7,048 nucleotides of DNA from Planctomycetota bacterium. Its GTDB lineage: Bacteria > Planctomycetota > Phycisphaerae > Phycisphaerales > Phycisphaeraceae. Below the pieces are notes generated by a model, which was given only the letters and a program-made list of their open reading frames with translations, did no database searches and was not told where the DNA came from. The position numbers and the translations under genes were made by a program. Below, one piece after another: positions 1-6,003 of the stretch. The stretch's first letter is position 1, and every line of letters starts with the position of its first letter. The stretch is taken from contig JBCBUE010000001.1 of the NCBI GenBank assembly GCA_039818285.1, positions 16,332-23,379 of the forward strand, read 5' to 3'.

Positions 1-1821
1 ATCGTCATCATCATGACCGACGATCTCGGCTACTCAGACCTTGGCGCCTATGGCGGCGAGATCGACACGCCCCACCTCGACCAACTCGCCGAAGACGGCG
101 CGATGTTCACGCGGTTCCGCGTGGCGCCGATGTGCGTCGTCTCCCGCGTGGCGATGGTCGCCGGGCTGCCGATGCAAGGCGGCGGCGACGCCAGGTACTC
201 CCGGACCGTCCCCCTGTTCTCCGTCCTCAAAGAGGCCGGCTACAACACGCTCATGACCGGCAAGTGGCACGCCGGCCAGCCCGACCCGCGGTCGCCCGAG
301 CTCTTCGACCGCTTCTTCGGCTTCTTGGGCGGCATGTCCGATTGCTACTCAGGCGGCCCCGACTGGTACCTCAACGACAAGCCGTTCACCGACTTTGGCG
401 GAGACTTCTACGCCACCAACGCCTTCACCGACTACGCCATCGAGTTTCTGCGCGAGCACGAAGACGACGGCCGACCCGACCTGCTCTTCCTCTCTTACAA
501 CGCGCCGCATCATCCCTGCCAGGCCCCTCAGCGGACCGTCTCGAAGTACGTCAATCGCTACCGCGCGGGCTACGACGCGATCCGCGAAGCCCGCCTGGAC
601 CGCCAGCGTGAGCTCGGCCTCATCGACGACTCGTTCGTCCCGGCGGATCACCACGCCGAGGTCCGACGCTGGAGTGAGTTGCCCACCGAACGCAAAAAAA
701 TCGAGGCCGACCGCATGGCCGCCTACGCCGCAATGGTGGACGAGGTCGATCAAAACATCGGCCGCCTGCTCGACTACCTCCGGGATTCCGGGCGGCTCGA
801 CAACACCATCCTCTTGTTTATCTCCGACAACGGCGGCGACTACTCCAACGGCAATCCGCGGACCGACGCACGGCAGATCCCCTGGCAGGCGGGCGGCAAC
901 CCCTCGTCGAGCAACGGCTGGGCGTGGGTCAAGAACACGCCGTTCCGGTCGTTCAAGCACAGTTCGTATGAGGGCGCGCTCGCGTCGCCGCTGATCATCC
1001 ACTGGCCCGAGGCGCTCGCGCATCATCCCGCCGTCCGCGACGGTCTCATCGACGAGCCCACCCACATCACCGACTTCTACCCGACGCTATTGGAGGTCGC
1101 GGGCGCTCAACGGCCGCGGCAGCACGGCGGGAAACAGCTGCTGCCCCTCTCGGGAGCCTCGCTCATGCCACTGCTGCGTGACTCGGCGGACGAGCGCGAG
1201 AACAAGCCGGCCTTTTCGTGGTACCGCGAGTCCCGCGCCTGGATCGAAGACGAGTGGAAGGCGGTTCAGCTCTACGGAGGCCCCTGGCAGCTCTTCAACC
1301 TGCGCGAGGACCGCGGCGAGACGCGCGACCTTGCCGCCGACTATCCGGATCGGCTCGATGACGCCGTCGCCAAGTGGCACGCCCAAGCCGACCCGGGAAC
1401 GGTCTACAGCCACCCCCCCGCCCAAGACGTCCAGCACGGCTGGGGCTGGCACCGCGTCGCCCGCATCACCCAGGGCCAGCTTCGATCGCTCTGGCCGGCG
1501 AACGGCTCCACCAGCGCGCCCATCGCCACGCCCCTGACGCTTCGCTTCACGGCTCCGCTCGACTTCACCGGCTCGAAGGGGCGCACGCTCAGGGTCTACG
1601 CCGACAGGAACGAAGGCACACCGATCTACGAAATCGACGTTACGCCCAACCACCCCGCTCAGGGCCAGACCGAGCTGGTCCTGCTCGACCTGCCCACCCT
1701 CCGGCCCGACACGGGTTACCACGTCGTCTGGGACCCGGGTTGGGCGAAAGTTGGCGGCAAGCCGCTGGGCCCGCTGAACAACGGTGCCTATTGGTGGCGA
1801 TTCCGAACCGCCAAAGATTGA
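1..1821 (+). CDS. Arylsulfatase (S1 formylglycine-dependent sulfatase superfamily, AtsA/arylsulfatase-like), 5'-truncated by the window edge, with a C-terminal bacterial Ig-like (SbsA/Big_5-like) domain
   Basis: Frame 1 is open from nt 1 (IVIIMTDDLGYSDLGAYGG...), so the Met at 13 in the ORF track is internal and the N-terminus/signal peptide lies upstream. S1 sulfatase hallmarks are present in order: DDLGYSD (metal-binding Asp pair), TPHLDQLA, a Cys at the FGly position (APMCVVSRVAMVAG), GKWH, FDRFFGFLGG, NAPHHP, ISDNGG, NTPFRSFKHSSYEG, IIHWP, LFNLREDRGETRDLA. Residues encoded from about nt 1486 (SLWPANGSTSAPIATPLTLRFTAPLDF...TGYHVVWDPGW...WWRFRT) fit the alternating beta-strand pattern of SbsA-type Ig-like domains. 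High third-position GC throughout. Confidence 0.92.
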   Translation: MVIIMTDDLGYSDLGAYGGEIDTPHLDQLAEDGAMFTRFRVAPMCVVSRVAMVAGLPMQGGGDARYSRTVPLFSVLKEAGYNTLMTGKWHAGQPDPRSPELFDRFFGFLGGMSDCYSGGPDWYLNDKPFTDFGGDFYATNAFTDYAIEFLREHEDDGRPDLLFLSYNAPHHPCQAPQRTVSKYVNRYRAGYDAIREARLDRQRELGLIDDSFVPADHHAEVRRWSELPTERKKIEADRMAAYAAMVDEVDQNIGRLLDYLRDSGRLDNTILLFISDNGGDYSNGNPRTDARQIPWQAGGNPSSSNGWAWVKNTPFRSFKHSSYEGALASPLIIHWPEALAHHPAVRDGLIDEPTHITDFYPTLLEVAGAQRPRQHGGKQLLPLSGASLMPLLRDSADERENKPAFSWYRESRAWIEDEWKAVQLYGGPWQLFNLREDRGETRDLAADYPDRLDDAVAKWHAQADPGTVYSHPPAQDVQHGWGWHRVARITQGQLRSLWPANGSTSAPIATPLTLRFTAPLDFTGSKGRTLRVYADRNEGTPIYEIDVTPNHPAQGQTELVLLDLPTLRPDTGYHVVWDPGWAKVGGKPLGPLNNGAYWWRFRTAKD

Positions 1822-1982
1822 GCCGACGAAGCCAGGCGCCTGAACTCCCGGGCGGTCAACTTCATAGCATTCGACAAACGACTCTTAACCGAGATCGAAG
1901 CCTAAAGAATAGTCCAATGGCTCCGCGCATCAGCAGAGGCCAACCCGAAGTCGACTAATTTTCGTTTGTTTTTCAGGCTTTC

Positions 1983-2045
1983 GGGCTATACTCCCAGGCT
2001 CGTGTATCGACAATGACTCTCTTACTCCAAGTCTTGGTATAGCCC
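1983..2045. repeat. Perfect 9-bp inverted repeat (gggctatac ... gtatagccc) with a 45-nt spacer in the leader/promoter region of the second sulfatase gene
   Basis: Read directly: 1983-1991 gggctatac and 2037-2045 gtatagccc are exact reverse complements. The left arm contains a -10-like TATACT (1987-1992). A nested palindrome ccaag-t-cttgg sits at 2027-2037. The repeat lies 29 nt upstream of the ATG at 2074. Function (operator or RNA stem) is unknown. Confidence 0.5.
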
Positions 2046-2073
2046 ATAGATTGGCTCGCATCGGAGACCTCGC

Positions 2074-4029
2074 ATGCCACTGCTCGTCCGCACTCTCACG
2101 CCACTGTCGCCTGCCTGTCGCATCGCCCTGATCCCATCGCTGATGCTTGCGCTTGTCGTCGGCCTGAGCGCAAGCCCAACTCACGCCGACGACGCGAGCC
2201 AGCCGAACGTGCTCTTCATCGTTGCCGACGACCTCGGCTGGATGGACCTGGCCGTCCAGGGCAGCAGCTACTACGACACACCGAACCTCGACCGCCTGGC
2301 CGCGCAGGGCCTGCGTTTCACCGACGCCTACTCGGCCAGCCCGCTCTGCTCGCCGACGCGCGCGGCGCTGATGACCGGTCAGTACCCCGGCCGCATCGGG
2401 CTCACCGCAGCGGCAGGACACCTCGGCCACGTCCGCCTCAAAGCCGCGCCCAGCCCCAACGCCGCACCGCAGTACCGCGCCACCGCCGTCGCGTCCGCCA
2501 CACGCCTGTCCAACGACTACCGCACCGTCGCCGAGGAGTTCCAGGACGCCGGCTACCGCACCGCGTTCGTGGGCAAGTGGCACCTCGGCTCCGACGAGTA
2601 CGTCCCGGAAAATCAAGGATTCGAAGTCAACATTGCCGGCGGCCCCTACCCCGGACCGCCCTCCTTCTTCTCGCCCTACCGCATCCACAACCTCCCCGAC
2701 GGCCCCGTCGGCGAACACATCTGCGATCGGCTCACCTCGGAGGTCATGGACCTTATCACCGGCTACGCCGAGAACGACGAGCCGTTCTTCCTCGCCTACT
2801 GGACCTACGACGTCCATGCTCCGTATCAAGGCAAGGAAGACCTCCAAGAGAAGTACCGCCGCAAGGCCGACCCAAACAACCCGCAACGCAACCCCATCAT
2901 GGGCGCGATGATCGAGATCCTCGATCAGAACATGGGCAAGCTGCTCGATCACCTCGACAAGCTCGGCATCGCGGACAACACCATCGTGGTGTTCACGTCT
3001 GACAACGGCGGCAACATGTACGACCGCCCGAATGACTTGCCCCCGACCAACAACGCCCCGCTCCGCGCAGGCAAGGGCAATATCTACGAAGGAGGGGTCC
3101 GCGTGCCGACCATCGTGCGCTGGCCGGGCGTCGCGCCGACCGGGCAGACGACCGACGCCGTGACCGTCAGCCCCGACTGGGTCCCGACACTGCTCGAAGC
3201 CGCGGGGATCGAGCCAACGATCATCGGCAAGAGCCAGGCCCTCGATGGCGTCTCGATCCTGCCCGTGATCCGAGGCGAGACCGACAACTTCGATCGCGGC
3301 CCGATCGTCATGGACTTCCCACACAACGTCCCCGCGACCCATCAGCTCGCGTGCGTCGCCATCCGTGATGGCGACTGGAAGCTGATCCGCTACTTCTACG
3401 ACATGCCCGACCAGTCGGAGCATCGCTACGAGCTCTACAACCTGGCCGACGACATCGGCGAGACCACCAATCTGGCCGACGCCCGACCCGACCTGGTGGC
3501 CCAACTGGCTCAAGCCCTTGATTACTACGTCGCCGACACCGGCGCGGTCGAGCCCATCGCCAACCCGCAGTTCGGCAAGCCCGCCCCACCCGCGCCGCCA
3601 CGCGCTCCGTCCGCGCGGGTCGACGGCTGGGAGGCCCGTGGCACGGCCAGTCTCGCCCGGGGCGACGGCATCGCGATCATCACCAGTCGAGGCGGCGACC
3701 CCTTCATCGTTGCCGAGAACGTGCCCGCCGTCCGCGGCGAACTCGAGCTGCACGTCACGTGGCGCTCGGACAGCGGCGGCAGCGCACAGGTCTTCTGGAG
3801 CTACGACAACCCGGTCCGTTTCGCGGCTCAACGCTCCGTCGAGATCAAAGCGACTCACGACAACGAGTGGTCTAACAGCGTAATCAAGTTCAAGGCCGAT
3901 CGACCCATCACCGCGGTGCGGTTCGACCCCAGCCGCGGCGAAGGCCGGATCGAGATCGACTCGATCCAGCTGAAGCAAGCCGACGGCAAGCAGATCAAGC
4001 AGTGGTTGTTTGGCGGCAAAAGGCAATAG
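2074..4029 (+). CDS. Secreted S1 sulfatase (canonical Cys-type, C-S-P-T-R) with a Pro/Ala-rich linker and an uncharacterised C-terminal ~135-aa module
   Basis: ATG at 2074 is preceded by a GGAGA Shine-Dalgarno-like element (2062-2066, 7-nt spacing). N-terminal Sec-type signal peptide (MPLLVRTL...LMLALVVGLSASPTHA/DD). Sulfatase motifs: NVLFIVADDLGWMD, TPNLDRLA, SPLCSPTRAALMTGQYPG (tgc tcg ccg acg cgc at 2347-2361), GKWHLG, YDVHAPY, FTSDNGG, PLRAGKGNIYEGGVRVPTIVRWPG, ELYNLADDIGETTNLA. Linker KPAPPAPPRAPSA is encoded at about 3577-3615, followed by a non-sulfatase C-terminal region (3616-4026). Confidence 0.95.
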   Translation: MPLLVRTLTPLSPACRIALIPSLMLALVVGLSASPTHADDASQPNVLFIVADDLGWMDLAVQGSSYYDTPNLDRLAAQGLRFTDAYSASPLCSPTRAALMTGQYPGRIGLTAAAGHLGHVRLKAAPSPNAAPQYRATAVASATRLSNDYRTVAEEFQDAGYRTAFVGKWHLGSDEYVPENQGFEVNIAGGPYPGPPSFFSPYRIHNLPDGPVGEHICDRLTSEVMDLITGYAENDEPFFLAYWTYDVHAPYQGKEDLQEKYRRKADPNNPQRNPIMGAMIEILDQNMGKLLDHLDKLGIADNTIVVFTSDNGGNMYDRPNDLPPTNNAPLRAGKGNIYEGGVRVPTIVRWPGVAPTGQTTDAVTVSPDWVPTLLEAAGIEPTIIGKSQALDGVSILPVIRGETDNFDRGPIVMDFPHNVPATHQLACVAIRDGDWKLIRYFYDMPDQSEHRYELYNLADDIGETTNLADARPDLVAQLAQALDYYVADTGAVEPIANPQFGKPAPPAPPRAPSARVDGWEARGTASLARGDGIAIITSRGGDPFIVAENVPAVRGELELHVTWRSDSGGSAQVFWSYDNPVRFAAQRSVEIKATHDNEWSNSVIKFKADRPITAVRFDPSRGEGRIEIDSIQLKQADGKQIKQWLFGGKRQ

Positions 4030-4069
4030 TGAGCCGCTGCTACGCAATCGATCGCCGCGAATGTCTCGC

Positions 4070-5584
4070 TCAATTAAACAAAGACAGATCGACGTATCGA
4101 TCGCCGGTTGCCCGAAGGTGATCACGGAGCACGCGTTTGAGACGGGATAGCTGCGACGCATAACGCGGATCGCTTGCGAGATTGTTGAACTCCCAAGGGT
4201 CGTCCTGCAGGTCGTACAGCTCAAAACGCGGCAGCCGAACGCCAAACTTCTTGTGATCGATGCGGGCCAACCAACGGTAAGCATCGGGAAACTCGTTGCG
4301 CCGCTCGACAATGTCGCGATACACGCGGTTCCGCCAAGGCAGCACACGGCCGTCAGCCAGACGCAGTTCGAAGTGCTCGAGGTCCGAGTTCACGACACGG
4401 GCCTCGTTAGGCTTGTCGCGGAAAATCAGCTTCCAGCGGCCATCAAACGCGCTGCGTTCTTGCATCCCGTCGTCGCGCCGCTGGCCCATGTGATGGACGT
4501 TCGCGAACACGACGCCTCGACCGGCGTCGGCCGCGACCGCCCCGTCGCGAGCCACGTCGGCGACGGACTCTCCCTGAACCTGCGAAGGAATCGGCAGCCC
4601 GAGCAAGTCCAGGACCGTCGGCAACACATCGACGCCCGACACCATCGCTTGCGTCTCCACGCCCCGGGCAACACCGGGGCCCGCCAGCGCAAACGGAACG
4701 TGCAGGCCGAACTGATGCAGCGACATCTTCCCCCGGTGGTACGGCGGGCCGTGATCGCTCATGAACAGGATCACCGTGCGGTCGGCTTCGCCCGACTCTT
4801 CGACGGCCCGCATGACGTCGCCGAGCTGGCGATCCGCTACCTCGATGTAGTCCATGTACTCGGCCCAGTCCTGCCGCACGACGGGCGTGTCCGGTAGGAA
4901 TGGCGGGACCTCGACGGCGTCGGCATCCACGGTGAGTTCCACCTTGTCGCCATCGCGGAACGGCCGGTGCGGCGCCTGGATGTTGCAGAAGAAGAACCAG
5001 GGGCGATCGGCCCGCTCGGCCGCCTCGATGAACTGCTTGGTGCGCTCGTAGTTGTTCGGCTTGAACCACTCGTCATACGGGAACTTCTCGTTGGGCGCCA
5101 CATGCAGCTTCCCGGAGACCCCCATGTAGTACCCCGCTCGATCGAGGGCCTGGACGAGCGTGACCAGCGGCCGCCGGATCTGAACACGCGAGTAGATCGG
5201 CAGGTTTCGCTCGGCCGGGGTCATCTCGCTGGCCGGCTTGAAGATGTTGTTCGTGTTCTCGATCAGGCCATTCGCGTGGCTGTACATGCCCGTGTACATC
5301 GCGGCTTTCGACGGCGAACAGACCGGGTAGGCGACGTAGGCCCGATGGAAGTAGACGCCTTCGGCGACCAGCCGGTCCATGTTCGGCGTCGACAAGCCCG
5401 GGGTGTCGAGGAAGCTCAGATAGGGCCCCTGGTCCTCGGTGAGGACGACCAAGAGATTCAGCCGACCCTCAGAATCGGCCCGATCGGTGGAAGCCGCCGC
5501 CGGGGCGGTCACAACGATGAGCAAAACGGCGGCGAGCCGGGTCCAGTAACGACGGGTAAAGACGGTTGACCGTTGCACGGGCAC
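4070..5584 (-). CDS. Secreted S1 sulfatase (ED-type metal site, C-S-P-S-K at the FGly motif position)
   Basis: 504-aa ORF on the minus strand, convergent with the previous gene (40-nt gap). N-terminal signal peptide (TRRYWTRLAAVLLIVVTAPAAAS). Motifs: LLVVLTEDQGPYL, TPNMDRLVAEG, YPVCSPSKAAMYTGMY, SGKLHVAP, IQAPHRPF, LFMSDHGPPYHRGKMSLHQFG, ELYDLQDDPWEFNNLA. The ORF-track start at 5584 is GTG with AAGGA directly abutting it. The GTG at 5578 has AAGGAG (5589-5584) at 5-nt spacing and is probably the real start. Confidence 0.93.
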   Translation of the reverse strand: MPVQRSTVFTRRYWTRLAAVLLIVVTAPAAASTDRADSEGRLNLLVVLTEDQGPYLSFLDTPGLSTPNMDRLVAEGVYFHRAYVAYPVCSPSKAAMYTGMYSHANGLIENTNNIFKPASEMTPAERNLPIYSRVQIRRPLVTLVQALDRAGYYMGVSGKLHVAPNEKFPYDEWFKPNNYERTKQFIEAAERADRPWFFFCNIQAPHRPFRDGDKVELTVDADAVEVPPFLPDTPVVRQDWAEYMDYIEVADRQLGDVMRAVEESGEADRTVILFMSDHGPPYHRGKMSLHQFGLHVPFALAGPGVARGVETQAMVSGVDVLPTVLDLLGLPIPSQVQGESVADVARDGAVAADAGRGVVFANVHHMGQRRDDGMQERSAFDGRWKLIFRDKPNEARVVNSDLEHFELRLADGRVLPWRNRVYRDIVERRNEFPDAYRWLARIDHKKFGVRLPRFELYDLQDDPWEFNNLASDPRYASQLSRLKRVLRDHLRATGDRYVDLSLFN

Positions 5585-5833
5585 TCCTTGGGATCGAGAG
5601 GCGAGACGGGGGACGCCAAAATCGGCTTAAATCCATCATGGTCTAGACACAGAGGCGATACTTTAGCCCTGAAACCACCAAAAAAGAAGCTAACCCTCTC
5701 AAATTCACTTGATTATTTCGAGCCTTGGACTAGGCTAAGCAGATCAAACACGGTTATCTATCGAAGTAATGCTCTGGTCTTTTCTTCTCTCGTCTCGCGT
5801 TCACTCGACCACGGAACCGTCCAGGGGTCTCGC
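5585..5833. promoter_or_regulatory. Divergent intergenic/promoter region with an AT-rich island
   Basis: Lies between the minus-strand sulfatase start and the plus-strand genes. Hand count gives about 44% G+C over 5641-5800 (38% for 5701-5760), against about 65% in flanking coding sequence. Contains an A6 tract (5690-5695), a short hairpin agcct-tggact-aggct (5721-5736), and -10-like hexamers such as tatcta (5755-5760). No specific promoter can be assigned with confidence. Confidence 0.35.
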
Positions 5834-5953
5834 ATGACCTATCCGACGCCTCCCGCCGCCTTCGCCCCGATCGAATCGCTGGCCGGCATCCGCCTCGTCG
5901 CGTCGCGCATTGCCGACCTGCTTCCCGCGCCCGGCTCGGACGAAGACATCTGA
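5834..5953 (+). CDS. Candidate small ORF, 39 aa (MTYPTPPAAFAPIESLAGIRLVASRIADLLPAPGSDEDI), hypothetical protein
   Basis: ATG at 5834 is preceded by the purine-rich AGGGG (5823-5827, 6-nt spacing). 32 of 38 codons end in G/C (about 84% by hand count). The position-specific GC order is GC3 > GC1 > GC2 (about 84/69/59%), as expected for coding sequence in a GC-rich genome. G+C rises sharply at about 5800, just before it. It ends 50 nt upstream of the pilin-like gene on the same strand. No recognisable family. Confidence 0.3.
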   Translation: MTYPTPPAAFAPIESLAGIRLVASRIADLLPAPGSDEDI

Positions 5954-6003
5954 TCCCCCGCACCTTGCCCTCTCAAGCTGGCCTCTTCTCATAAGGAAAC
6001 ATC

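Noticed and set aside
694-700. An A7 homopolymer (cgc aaa aaa atc) inside sulfatase 1, unusual for a GC-rich gene and a conceivable slipped-strand or frameshift site.
   Set aside because: Seven bases is short for phase variation. The run simply encodes Lys-Lys in a conserved-length linker. The frame stays open and homologous on both sides, and there is no downstream stimulatory structure.
34-1958. Multiple alternative-frame and antisense ORFs inside sulfatase 1 (e.g. 132-611 +, 349-1065 -, 395-994 +, 1087-1722 -, 1178-1537 +, 1374-1958 +).
   Set aside because: Their Arg/Pro/Ala/Gly/Thr-rich low-complexity translations are typical off-frame products of GC-rich coding DNA. All are fully nested in a gene with strong family evidence.
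4030-4069. The 40-nt gap between the convergent sulfatase genes, checked for a bidirectional terminator.
   Set aside because: Only 4-5 bp stems are present (gcga-atgtc-tcgc; tgtct...agaca), with no U-tract. This is not enough to call a terminator.
1930-4347. An 805-aa ORF on the minus strand that covers the whole second sulfatase gene in antisense and extends into both flanking regions.
   Set aside because: The plus-strand frame encodes a textbook sulfatase with all motifs. The antisense product is low-complexity (Gly/Ala/Val/Arg/Asp-rich) with no recognisable motif, no plausible RBS context and no domain-like organisation. Long stop-free antisense frames are expected in ~65% GC DNA with strong GC3 bias. 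It would also overlap the 3' end of the minus-strand sulfatase in another frame.
4253-5569. Alternative-frame and antisense ORFs inside the minus-strand sulfatase (4253-4897 +, 4443-5069 -, 4837-5187 -, 4967-5569 +, and others).
   Set aside because: Same reasoning: nested in a well-supported CDS, with biased Arg/Gly/Pro composition and no motifs.
5573-5833. The 5' two-thirds of the 126-aa plus-strand ORF (5573-5953).
   Set aside because: It overlaps the start of the divergent sulfatase. It then crosses the AT-rich island, where the GC3-biased codon usage seen in the surrounding genes is not apparent. Only the segment from the internal ATG at 5834 looks coding, and that is reported separately at low confidence.
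2062-5838. Shared 8-mer ctcgcatg at the start codons of sulfatase 2 (2069-2076) and the small ORF (5829-5836), and a shared atcgaag in both AT-rich intergenic regions.
   Set aside because: These matches are short enough to be chance in 7 kb, with no extended similarity around them.
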